A DNA stretch of 64,000 nucleotides. It comes from Callorhinchus milii (taxonomy: Eukaryota). The translations under genes and the position numbers were made by a program. Shown here in pieces: positions 25,516 to 38,039 of the stretch. The number at the start of each line of letters is the position of its first letter. Position 1 is the first letter of the stretch. Location: NCBI RefSeq assembly GCF_018977255.1, contig NW_024704743.1, forward strand, positions 65,908,001-65,972,000, given 5' to 3'. The notes beneath the pieces were generated by a model, which saw nothing but the letters and a program-made list of their open reading frames with translations, was not told the DNA's origin and did not search any database.

Positions 25516-27799
25516 TGCTCAGATTCCAGTAATATACTTGTTTCTCCCCCTTGTGTTGTTTTTGCTAGGTGACAATGGCTTATTTATTTCACTAACATAG
25601 TCTACAGGTGCACAATTGCTACACTCTGAAGTAAAATCCTGAGAAGCGTTTGAGAGGTTTCAATTATGTAATAAAGCACTATATCAATGCACGGTTATTA
25701 TTATAATTATGATTATTATTGTTGTCAGAGGGCCACTCATGAACCTGGTGGTGATTGGCTGCTCCACATCCTACTTTTATATAGGAAAGTTTACTAGGGA
25801 AGATGAACGTCTCTCTCAGAATATTTAAACTGTACTCAACTGGTGCAACCAAGAATAGTAACTGACATCAACTCTTTCAACGCTTGGCTACTGGAATTTG
25901 GGGCCCTATCAGCCCAGATAACTGCAGAAATAATAGGTCTGCAAAGGTCATGTATAATTGTAGAATTTTTTTTAATTCAGTATTAATTTGGAAGCCAATT
26001 TCTTAAAGTTCTGCGCTGGATTAAAGTTTATGACAAGATAGTCTCAAAGGCTAAAACTGGATGGATTTTCAGGCCCATGGTTATGAAGTTACAATATTAA
26101 ACTTTTTTGAAATGATCAAAAAACACATTTCTGTCAAGATCCCTTTTCACAATTCAACATCATTAGGTTCAACATCTGCCCTTTCTGTGTAATTGTATCT
26201 GGACATTAAGTGCTGTTGACATTGTCTGGGGAAATCTGGAACTTGGAGAAGTTATTGAGCTTTGTTGTCAATCTCAGGAACTCCTCTGCCAGTTTTCCAG
26301 CTTCTTTGTCACTTCTTTGCTTCAACACAGCACAGATCTGATTAAAAAAGCAAGGAACTAAATATTTATGATTGAAGACAGTTTGTATCCTTACAGAGCA
26401 GAGATGGGTGGAAAAATCACATTCAATCTTTCTCAACAGAGGTAACGCCCAGGCTCTCACACCACTGAAGTTAACACGCTATTTGATGTCTACAAACTAA
26501 TTTTGTATAAAACTATGCGTGGTGGCTTGTTTACTCATCTTTAAGATGGATGTTTAACCACGATGTGTAGCTTCAATTTCAGATGACATACACCAGGTGA
26601 AGCTAGTAAGGCCAAGTGCACTTCCATACAGGACTGCAATAAAAGTATACGCATTTGTCATGACGTGAAATTGTATCGCCTTGAGATACACGTCTTGTTC
26701 TTTGTCATGTTTTTTCATTTATTACTTTCCTTGTGGGAACCATTCACAATCATTTTTTATACAGCCATGAGGTGAATTACCAAACTGCCTGGAGGTTGTT
26801 GACCAGGATATTAATAATAATCCTTAATAACTCTTTCATTTGCCATACAGCCATTTACGTTGGGAGGAAGTCTCAAACAATTTCACAGGATTCAACAGCA
26901 GAAATTCTTTCCCTTTTTGAACTTCGTCATGAGATCCTTAACGTTGATTTAAGGATTTCTCCCCCAGTATTGCACTGGAGTGTTAGTCAAGACAACTGCA
27001 AGCTCAAGTCCTGAAATGGGACTTGAACCCATAAATTTCAGACCCAAAGATGTGAGTACTGGCTACCAACAGAATTTAGCTGCCACCTTGATTTCAAGAG
27101 GAATAAATTATCTCATGGCATGGGTAACATTGATTTAGGATAAAGAATAGAGTTTAAATCTGTTTTAATCTACTCAATGTGTCCTCTAATAAATCAAATT
27201 TTCAAAACTCTTTACAAATGGCAATAAAATGCAGTTTAACTGACTAATTGTAAGCATTAGTTAAAAACTACTTTAAAAGTGTGTCTGATATTGTTATGTC
27301 AGCCTACATATATAATCTTCAGTAGGGTCCTTAGTTAGGCACGTATTTGGATACATGCCCAGAGTTACTTACAATATGAACTCAGATTGAAGCCAAAATA
27401 CTAACCAGACAGAAATTTGCCTGCTTCTGCCTGATGGAAACATTCTTTTGATAGATATAAACATTTTACATTATTTTGTATGAGTTTAGAGATCACAACA
27501 CACTAATGCCATTATTTACTTTCTATAATGTCATTGGATGATTAAAACAATCTTTAGCCACTAGGACCTGACTCTTTAAGAGCTGTCCATCATCAAAAAG
27601 CAAAGCAAATCACATTTGGAAGCTATTGATCATCTAGGTTGAAGATATGTATCTTCATATTGGGTGATCAGAAATGTACATTCCTCTTGTTGCTACACTT
27701 GTGCATGTGCCGCTCAGAAAGATGGCCTAACCCTTATTTACATCTTATTGTCTTAATATTCAAGTGAAGGACATCAAAACAGGTATTGAACTCGGCAAG

Positions 27800-28195
27800 C
27801 CAATTTGTGCACAGCTATGTCCTACAAACAGCCATGAAGTCAATTTTATTTAGGGATTGGGTAAACTGTTGGCCAGGAAAAAAGAAGAAACCCCTTCTAT
27901 TTGCAACTAATGCTATGGGACGTCCTCCTGATGTGAAAGGTGTTATACAAATGTAATTTGTGCTTCTTTAGGTTTAAAGCCTCATCCAAAGGATGACACT
28001 TCCAACAATGTAACACTCGCCAGCACTGGATGTCCTTCACTTGAATATTAAGACAATAAGATGTAAATAGGGTTAGGCCATCTTTCTGAGCAGCACATGC
28101 ACAAGTGTCAGCTTTTACAGTTCTAATGTGGGTTTTGAATCAACAACCCTCTGACTCAGAAGCAAGAGTCCTATGAACTGAGCCAGGCTGACACA
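27800..28195 (-). mobile_element. Old Deu-SINE containing an L2 tail and a templated inverted insert
   Basis: Head at 28130-28195; Deu core at 27970-28025. Confidence 0.7.
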
Positions 28196-29029
28196 CAAGG
28201 ATGTAAGAATATAAAGTGCTAAAGGACAGTGTCTCAGTTGGTCTGAGCGTTTGGAATATGTCTTGTTATAAACAAAAATGCCGAAGTACACGCAAAGCTG
28301 GAGAGCAAAATGGTCACCCTTGAGAGATGCCTTTTTGCTCTCCAGGTTTTCTCCACACTTTGGTGGCTTTCAGAAATCATAATTAGCAATTCTCACTTGT
28401 TTTGCAAATAACACAAATCAGACCCACTTTCGATTTCCAATTGCACAACAATATGAAGTGGGTAAAGCAATAATCACAGACATTAAAATGTCATTACTGT
28501 AACTCCTAAAATATGATCGATGGCAGAAACTCTGTTACAACTTGATTGATTCAGTCTGCGAATGGCAGAATGTTTCAATACCAAGCCTTTAGTGCTCATT
28601 CAGAGTCTGAGCTAACAGTTCTACTTTGTTTTGTCTTGAAAGCTGCACCTTCTGTTCTGGAATCACCCAAAGCTAATTTAACAATTCAATGCAATACGTT
28701 ACAAATTTGCCTTTCATGTCAGAAGAAATCCCAAAGCCTGTGAAAAATAATCAATAATTTTATTTAAACCAGGTTCACATATCATTTTTACTGATAATTT
28801 CATTTACTTTGTTGAATATTTCTCAACACAAAACAACTATTGTGCACATCAGAAAGATCCACAAACCAAAGACTCCAAGCTTCTCGCTGGTTAAACTCCA
28901 GCAGTATCCCAATGTACATACTGGTATCCCTAAGTTTTGACTCTTATCAATTTGTGTCTAAATGCTCCCAGAGTGGAAAAGCAGGGAAACAAAACAAAAA
29001 ACAGATATAAGTGCATCCATGAATAGTGA

Positions 29030-30560
29030 TGCTGCCAGCCCCTGAGGTGAGGAGGTGCTAACGGGAGCCAAGTAGGAGATCCTTGTTCTTGTTGACATTC
29101 AACTGTAAGAAATTAGTTCTCATCCAGGACTTGATATCTGACAGACAATTCATCAGGACACCAGTGGTCCTGGAAACAAGGGTGGTGCAGAGAGGTTGAG
29201 TTGGGCCTTATCTGCATACATGTAGAAGTTAACCCCATGCCTGTGGATGATATTTCCATGCAGGATAAAAAGGAAAGGACCGTGGACCAAGCCCCAGGGA
29301 GCACTACACGTGATGGTGCGAGAGCTAGAGAAGAAGTCATTAGTGGAAACAAAGTGGAGATAATGGAAAAGGTAAGAACGGAACAGCTTTTAAGAGAGAA
29401 CTGGATAGGTATCTGGGGAAGACGGGTTTACAGGGTTATGGGGAGAATGGCCTCCTTCTGTGCCGTAACATTCTATGAATCTATGAAAAAAACAAGGCAA
29501 GGACAATGCCATGAAGGTGAAGCTGAGAGATCAAGAAGGACGAAGAGACAGAGAGAGCCCTCATCACAGATAGATAAAATGCTATTTGTAACTTGGAGTA
29601 TGGCTGTCTCTATACTATGGGCAGGGAGGAAAATAGATAAGAGAGATTTATACAGGGAGTGGCGGGAGAGGAAAGAGCAAAACTGGGAAGCAACAGCATT
29701 TTCCAAGACCTTGGGAAGAAAGGGAAGGTATGAAATGGGGTGGTAATTTGACAAGAGGGATAATAATAATAATAATCCTTGCATTTGATATAGCACATTA
29801 TCATATCTTCGAGATGTCTCAAAGCGCTTCACAGAATATACTGTAAAATGTAGTGACTGTATACTTTTTGTGGGCATACATGTAGAAGTGAACCCCATGC
29901 CTGCGGATGATATTTCTGTGTAGAATAAAATGGAAAGGACTGAGGACTAAGCCCCGGGGAGCACTACATATGACAGTGTGAGGGCTAGAGGAGAGGCCAT
30001 TGGTCAAGATGAGTCAAGGGAAGGGATTTTGAGGATGGGAGTGATAATGGCTGTTTTTAAGGGGGTGGGAATGGTGCCAGAATTCAGTGAGGGTTTGTTG
30101 ATGTCCGTTGGGGGGGCAAGGAGGTGGGGCTAGGAGATAAGCAGAAGTGTAGGAATATGGTCAAGGGAACAGGTGGTGGGTTTCATTGGGGATATGATGG
30201 AGATGAGAAAAGAGAGGGTGATGGGGTCAAAAGTGTGGAGGGAGGAATAGCTGGAGGCCATAGGGATAGGGGGAAAATGTGGCAGTAGTAAGGGCAGAGG
30301 CAGCAGAGTGCATCCTCTTAATTTTGGACTCGAGGAAGTCCATCATCCCCTCATATTTGGAGTTAGAGGAGGGGATGGGCAAGTTATGGGAAGGTGGACA
30401 GAGGAACTGCCTTGTGGTGGAGCAAAGGAGCCTGGGATTGTCCTTAGCCTCCAAGATGATCTTGGAATAGAAGAACAATTTAGTTGAGGCAAGGTTGGAC
30501 CGGTAAATTTTGATAAGGTCCAGCCAGATCTGGCGGTAGACCATAAGATTTGATTTCAGC
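29030..30560 (-). mobile_element. Degenerate, rearranged L2 fragments
   Basis: YHPISYLPFLPKVLE, AHSIETAILQVTNSIL and RQIWLDLIKIYRS match the 59.6-62.8 kb L2; interrupted by a CR1 tail and a SINE fragment. Confidence 0.85.
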
Positions 30561-30779
30561 CAAGAGCCACAATCCCTCAAATAAAATTGGTCACTCACTC
30601 CATGGCTGTTTGTCAATCCATTTTACAGTATATCCTGTGAAGAGCTTTGATATGTCTCGACGATGTGACAAGGCGCTATATCAAATGCAAGGATTATTAT
30701 TAACATTATGAAGTCCCATTCATCTCTCTCCTTTGCAGAAAATATCAAGAGTAAATATCAAGGAACTCAAGAGGAGGAA

Positions 30780-31095
30780 ATGTTTCGCTCTTTTCTCTCC
30801 CGCCACTCCCTGTATAAATCTCTCTAATCTATGTTCCTCCCTGCCCATAGTATAGAGACAGCCTTACCCCAAGTTACAAATGACATTTTATCTATTTGTG
30901 ATGAGGGCTCTCTCTGTCTCTTCATCCTTATTGATCTCTCAGCTCAAACTTCATGGCATTGTCCTTGCCTTGTTCCGTTCTTACCTTTTCCATTATCTCC
31001 ACTTTGTTTCCATCAATGGCTTCTCCCCCAGCCCTCACACCATCACATGAGGTGTTCCCTGGGGCTTGGTCCTCAGTCCTTTCCTTTTCATTCTT
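30780..31095 (+). mobile_element. L2 RT fragment, inverted duplicate of 29265-29680
   Basis: AHSIETALPQVTNDILSICDEGSLCL; shares a private deletion and substitutions with the 29.3-29.7 kb copy. Confidence 0.85.
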
Positions 31096-31729
31096 TTTAG
31101 TTGTTAATAAATACATTACATTTTTGCTAACAATACACTTGATTTCTTTCTGAAGCTGCACACATAGAAAAATAATAATAATCCTTGCATTTGGCATTGC
31201 ACTTTATCGTGTCATCAAGGCATCTCAAAGCATTTCACAGGATTTTATTGTGAGATGTAATGACTATGTATGTAGGTGTAGGTAAATGTGGCAGCTAATT
31301 TCAGAATGGCTTACAGTAACAATAAAAANTTATTTCATAAATATTTCTATTTTAGGCTTTGCTAAAAATTACTTTAGGCAGTTTGAAGCTTTCATATCAA
31401 CTTACATGGACAAAACTAACAAAGGTGTCTTGTTTTGAACATGATTGAGGTGACTCGAGTTATTTACTGTATAACATGAACACTGTTTAATTATCATATT
31501 AAGAACAAATTAGAGCATTTGCAAAGCATGTACCAACATGGGGCTACGTTTTCACCTTAAATGGTATTGTCATTGTCTCATGCAACATAAATGTGTTTTG
31601 TTCCATCTGCATTGCAAAACCAGTGCTTTCCTCCCTCAGTGCCACATCTAATGAGAGTTGAAGCGATGGGCATAATTGGCATCAACAGAAGGGCAGGGTG
31701 CAAAGACTTTAAGCAAACAAACATTTTCT

Positions 31730-32140
31730 CAAGTCTCCAAAATTGTTTCAAAAAAGTGTTTCTGGGGGGGGTCTTGTTTCCTGTTGTTGGAAAAAATGTT
31801 GATGGTATCATTACAGTCTGAAAATGCAATGAGACATGCAACAGAAAAGTGCTCCACTGGGATTGGAGATTGAATGCTCCCTTTATGTGTTTTCGCTGTT
31901 GAGAATGCTTTTCCAAAATTATCAGAAATACCCGAATTAAACTTGATAACTGGTGCCTGGATCCAATTAAAGAGGTCTAGGGGCCCAACGTGTCTCAAGG
32001 TCTCAACCTCAAAATTTAAGATTGTGCAGAATTTTGAAAAATTCTTCAAATCAATAACCATATTTTGGAAGCTGCTGTTCTGCAATACACTTTTGTGTTC
32101 TATTTCCTCCCTCACATCCAAGGCCCCAAACAACACTGCA
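31730..32140 (-). mobile_element. Possible hAT transposase C-terminal dimerisation-domain relic
   Basis: GKAFSTAKTHKGSIQSPIPVEHFSVACLIAF..DCNDTINIF has the spacing of the hAT motif ERSFSKLKLIK..LRSTM.QERLS.LA.L..DY.D.ID.F. Confidence 0.45.
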
Positions 32141-32429
32141 TCTTTGGTAGGTCACTTATCTGCATCCGTACCCCACACCCATTATAGCCAAAACCCCCAT
32201 TTGTACCTTTGTTCTATCCCCCTAGGGGGAGCAGTGACTTCTTGGAACTCAGCTGGCTCCAAGGTAATGTGGAATGTTTAAATCTAGTCAGTCCTCTGTG
32301 ATGGTATCGGTAGCCTGATTCCTGAGCAAGATGGATCCACTATATGCCAGGGCAAACCCAGCATGGCTCATCAACAGGACTTGGAGGGGCAGACCAGTCA
32401 CTGGGAGCAGGGATTCTTCTCACTCAGTT

Positions 32430-32665
32430 CTCACTCAGGTGCTGACAGCATCACTATTCAAGGATGCACACTGAGCCAGTCTGGAAACTTGGCGTCTTGT
32501 TTGACCCTCAACTTGTTTGGCCCTTCCACCTCTCTGCCTTCCCTCAACCCTACCCTACCCCTCCCCCATGCTTGGGTCCTGACCTCTGACTGTCCAGCGC
32601 CTTGGGACGTCCTCCCGATGTGAAAGGCGCTCTATAAATGTAATTTTATTGTTGTTATTGTTGTT
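32430..32665 (+). mobile_element. Internally deleted L2 3' fragment abutting the Gypsy integrase
   Basis: GADSITIQGCTL, then L2 stem-loop and TTG tail. Confidence 0.8.
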
Positions 32666-35100
32666 CTCTCCACCATCCCGTTGCTCTGTGGATATCCCGG
32701 GGATGCTGTTTTGTGCTCGATTCCCTAACCATTTGTAAATTTCCTATATTCTTCATTTACAAATTGTGGTCCATTGTCACTTAACACTATTTCTGGTATT
32801 TCGTAACTTGCAAAAATCTCCTGTGTTTTGTGTATTACCGTTTATGCACTCAGGTCTGGTAGTTCAGCATACTCAAAATAACAGGACGTGTAATCCATGA
32901 CTATGAGATAGTTCTTTTCGTTGTAGTAAAACAAATCTGTTCCTACTTTTGTCCAAATTTGCTGTGTTTTCTCATGCCACGTGATTGGCTTGTGTGTCTC
33001 CTTGGTTTTGATATCTGGCACACGTGTCGCATTTACCAATGTCGTCTTCTACTTGTTTATTTATGCCGCGCCAGAATACTATTTCTCTTGCTCTTTGCTT
33101 GGCTCTTTCCAATACCCAGTGTCCCTCATGTATCTTCTTCATAATTGTCTCTCTTAATTTCTTTGGTATTACTATTCTCTTCCCTCAATATATTATTCAT
33201 TTTTGTTGACTTAATTCCTGTCTGTATTCCCAATATGGTCTAACTTCCTCTGGATTATCTTTTTTGCTTTTGGGCCATCCAATTTTTAACATGCTCTTGA
33301 TGGCAGCACTTACGATGTCTCTACTCGTGGTTTCTTTTCTCGTTTTGTTGCTTTTGCTATCTCCCAGACATTATACTCCATTTCCTTTTCTAGTCTTTTA
33401 TCTTCTTCATTCCCTTTTTGACTCACTGCTCTGTTTAGTGTATCTGCTAGATACAAGCTTTCTCCTAGTTTATACTTAAATTCTAGTTCATATTTCTGAA
33501 GCCGTGTTCACATTTTTTGTAATCTCAGAGGCGTTTCAATCAAGCCATTTTTTAAAAAAAATGCATATTGTTTGAATCTCTCACACCTGAAAAAGTACCC
33601 TTAAACACTAAGTTTTTATCTGTGCAAATACATTTTTTTTGTATTAAGACAGCCCCTAATCCTGTTTTGCCCATTAATCTTTTAACTCTTCTCTTATCCT
33701 GAGGTGCTGGCATCTTTGTTGTTGCTTCAACCTTCCTTGGATCCATTATTAACACTTTCTGTGCTGTTATATGTTCTAATATTTGAGCTCCGTCATTCCT
33801 ATTTTGCACTTTTCTCCATTTAACTTTACATTCTTCTCTAAGCATTTCTGAAGTACTTTTTTAAATGTTCATCATGCTCTTCCCTTGTCATTCAAATATT
33901 AATATATCATCTGTGTAATTTATCATGCCTGGTATCCCTTCCAGTATCTGTACTGATTTCCTGTGAAATATCTCCTATTCTGATTTAATTCCAAATGACA
34001 TTCTTCGAAAACAGCATCACCTGAAAGGTGTTAGGAATGTTAGGTACGCACTGCTTTTTTCCAGTTTAACTTGCCAGTATCCTAAAGAACAATCGTGTCG
34101 AAGAAAAATCCCTTGTTCCATGTCCTCCAAAGTAGGTATTAGGTAATGCTCTCTACGTATGGCTTTATTTAGTTGCTGTGCGTCTAAGCATATTCTTAGT
34201 GACTTGTCCAGCTTTTCTACAATCAATATTGCACTCCCCAAATCACTAGGTTCTACTTCAACTTTAGGGGGTCCTTTATCCTTATCGCATACTCCCCTTT
34301 TATTAACCTTCTTTTCCGAAAAACTTGTTTGTATTTTCTTATTATTCCTCTGTTTCTAGTCTATCATTCTCTTCTTTCTTTATATTTTGTATTCTTTTCA
34401 ACAGTCCCATTTTAATGATGTCCTGTAGACCCAACATATGTTTGCCTGTGCTTTCACTGTGTAAAATGGTGTATTATACACATTATTTTTATATCTTGTT
34501 TCTATTTCTACTTTTCCTACCATTTCAATTTCACCTCTGTTGTTTGCCACTAAACTTCCTTTACAATTTCCATAATTTACCTCTGTGGTTCTCCCAGCCT
34601 CATATACTCCTCTAATGACATCACACCAGCTTGTTCTCCTGTGTCCAATTTACATTGTATGTGTTTTTTTCCATTCTTCATCCTCTATTTCTTCTCTATC
34701 CATTTTCCTGTAATTTCCTTTGTATCAATATTATATTCTTCTTCCTCCTCACTACTATTGCATTCCACCTCCGAGCTGCTCAACATTGTACCATGCCTTG
34801 ATTGCACTTGGGCAATCCTAGTTCTCTGATACTCACTCATTCTCCTGTACTCTCTTCTTTCTGTCATTCTACTGCCCTGTGATCTCTATTGTTCTCAGTG
34901 CCCTGATCCTCTCCAGCCTTTGTTAATTATTTCTGCAGTTTCTGGCATAATGGCCATTTTTGTTATAAATATAACACACTTTCCCTTCTGCTGGACATCA
35001 TCTGAAAGGGTGTTTTCGTCTACATTGCTCACATGTCTCCTCATCTAGGTCTGTATATCGTCTGTACTCCATTTCAGCAGAAGTTGTTTTCTTTCTGCCA
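32665..35100 (-). mobile_element. Decayed Ty3/Gypsy LTR retrotransposon internal region (gag knuckle, protease, RT, integrase)
   Basis: In minus-strand order: degenerate knuckle CPAEGKVCYIYNKNGHYARNC (34997-34932); protease KLDTG (~34650); RT LRICLDAQQLNKAIRREHY, GYWQVKL and NYTDDIL (~33915); integrase WTKVGTDLFYYNEKNYLIVMDY, PEIVLSDNGPQF and SPGYPQSNG. Many stops and frameshifts; no LTRs found. Confidence 0.92.
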
Positions 35101-35643
35101 TGCTATTTTCGAGATAGGTATAACAAGTCTAAGGGGACTCTGGTTCCCATTTACAGGCAAGCATTAACTTATAGCAAATATTATGCCTGTGTGAGAGAGT
35201 GGACCATATCAGATAACTAAGGGGCTATAATATTTTCTGAACTGTTTTCTACAGAGCTTTTCAATGATGAAGTGTAGTTTGTTCTAATATGATGTAGTAA
35301 CAGATTGGTACTATATTTCCTTAAGCAAATGTCATGTTTCTTACAATACATTACAATTTACATTTATACAGCGTCTTTCAAGTCAGGGAATCATGTTAAA
35401 GTGCTTTACACAGCTGACGAGGAATCTGAGCCGGGAGTGGGGGCAGTTCTGTGTAACAGATGTAGATTTTATGAAGGTTCTATTTGAGAAATTCCCAGTG
35501 GCCTCCAAGAGAGACAGCATTTAAATGCCGCCTGAGCTACACATCGAATATTTAGTGACAAGCACTGCAGTTAGCTCAGAAGTTGTTGTGGAAGGGAAAG
35601 CTTTGGCTTGATAGGAAGAATCTTGTTGATAGAGTGCTTCTTC

Positions 35644-35971
35644 GGAGTCCTGTAGATCAGTGATTAGAGCACTCGGTTTGCAAGTGAGAAACCTGGGTTC
35701 AATTCCAGGCAGAGGGCGAAACCTTGGGCAAGTTTCCTTACTCCACACACCTAATAATAATCCCTCCAAAACCAAAACCAATAATAAATTGGTCATTTTC
35801 AATCTACGACTGTTTGTGGGACATTGCTGTGCGCAATTGGCTGCCGCGTTCGCCCACAAATATACAGTCAATTCACTTTACAGTGTGTTCTGTGAAGCGC
35901 TTTGGGACGTCCTCCCGACGTGAAACGCGCTATATCAAATGCAAGAATTATTGTTATATTATTATTATTAT
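35644..35971 (+). mobile_element. SINE family A, full length
   Basis: GGAGTCCTGTAG head through ATT tail. Confidence 0.93.
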
Positions 35972-37479
35972 CCATTTTTTTCATATACAGTATACTGAAA
36001 ATAAAATCATTGCATTTGATATAGTGTGCCTTTCACATTAGGAGGACACTTCAAAACGCTTCACAGGATTTACTGTAAAGTGCGGTAACTGTGTATTTGT
36101 GAGTGAATGTAGCAGCCAAATTTGTGCACAGCAATGTCCCACAAATAGCCATGAAGTGAAAGCATAACAACATTTTGTAATTTCTTTCACAGTTAATAAA
36201 ATGTCCTGGAAAACTTTCCAAAATAGAATTGATTATAAATGGATGTTATTACATAGGCAAGCAATCAAATGGTTAAGCTCACTGGAGCAAACTTTGCAAC
36301 AATAATTTATTTTCTTAATTACCACAAAATCTCCCCATGTACTTTCTTCAAAATGTAAGATGAATTCATACAAGGTTTGATTTAAGTAAAAATACTTTAT
36401 ATATTCCCCCTCATTGAATTTTACACATGAAAGAATCTAAAATATGGTATTTCTAAATAAAGAATCTCTTTAGTAATCCTGCTGAAACATATGAATTCCA
36501 CTTCAAACATTGCTGACTTACAGCAGTTTTGGTGGATCAACATGGCATACACCTAGTTAAAAGCTTCAGATTTCTTATGAAGGAACCCAGTTAGACCCAA
36601 TAACCAGCATACAAATTAATGTCAGATTCTGGTTTAACAGAAGAAAAATACACATTCACGACATTTCACAGTAAATCCTGTGAAACTCTTTGCAATGTCC
36701 TCCCAGCTTAAAAGGCACTATATCAAATGCAAGGATTTATTATTAGGGTTATTATTATTAACATATGTCCCACCTAATTGTAAAATGTTGAAACTCAAAA
36801 TAAAAGTCAGCACCCATTTCACTTAATTCGGATGATCTTGTTAATTTTTACCTCCCAAGGCTTCAATTTAAATTAAATACATTTGGCAAAGCGATGTGGA
36901 AAGGTAAATAGGAGCAAACACGGTTGTTTGCCAAGATGCCCATATTTACGACTTTACTTCTAATACATAGACTCACTACATGACTGTTTGTGGGATATTG
37001 CTGTGCACAACTAGCTGCCAGATTTCACCCACAAAATACACAGTAAATCCACTTTACAGTATATCCTGTGAAGCACTTTGACAAGTCTCAATGACTTGAT
37101 AAGGTGCTATATCAAATACAAGGATTATTAATATGATTATGATTATTATTGGTGATAAAAAAGTTTGATTTCAACATAAAGACCTGCTAAGCTCATACAC
37201 CGGAGATAATTACTCAGATTGGTATCTGATAATGATCATATTTTGCTGTGTGTAATTTATTTAAGATTATTTAGATCCAAAAACACAGATGCATAATGTC
37301 AGTCCCAGTTGTATGTATCTTGAATGTTTCATGGTGAATCACTAATTTTACTGTTTCTTCCTCTCTGTGGCCAAATTCTCCTTCCTACTCCAGGAACATC
37401 TTGGAGGGAAAGGCAACTCTAAGCTCCTGTTCTCTGCCATACACCACCTTTTCCATGTACCTTTCCATTCTCAATACAA

Positions 37480-37930
37480 TAAAATACAGATTTACAGTTA
37501 TATAGTGCCTTTCACATTGGGAGAATGTCCCAAAGTACTTAACAATACTGGCTTGGCATCTGAGCTTGGCATGGAAGCTGAGGAGGGGAAGTTGGGGAGG
37601 GGACAGATGATTGAAAGCATGGACAAAGAGGTAAGTCTTGAGACGGATTATCAATGAATCATTGGTGGGCAGGCCTTCTGCCACTCTGCCCGTACCTTCT
37701 GGAACTCTATCCCACAGTCACTCCACCTCGTCCCCTCCCTTGCCTCCCTCAAGACCCATCTCAAGACTCTTCTCTTTGACCGTGCTTTTGATCACCCTGC
37801 CTTCCCCCACTGCCCTCCACCCTCCCCAATCCTGACCTCCAGCTTGGGTCCGAAACACTGACTGTCCAGCGCCTTGGGTCGTCCACCCAACGTGAAAGAT
37901 CCTATACAAATGTAATTTTGTTGTTGTTGA
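37480..37930. mobile_element. Two short L2 3' fragments in opposite orientation (37480-37650 minus, 37655-37930 plus)
   Basis: Each has L2 3' sequence and a stem-loop tail. Confidence 0.75.
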
Positions 37931-37932
37931 AG

Positions 37933-37985
37933 TGAGGGAGGGTGGGAGGGAGGGAGGGAGGAGGGAGGGAGAGGGAGGGAGGGAG
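37933..37985 (+). repeat. (GGGA)n purine microsatellite
   Basis: Read directly. Confidence 0.9.
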
Positions 37986-38039
37986 TGATGCTGAATGCAA
38001 ATGACCCATGGAATTGCTGGTGTCAAGATTGAAAAAAAA

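Noticed and set aside
31329..31329. Single N base
   Set aside because: Assembly ambiguity, not biology.
35100..35640. 5' LTR or primer-binding site of the Gypsy element
   Set aside because: No matching second LTR, TG..CA termini or PBS could be found.
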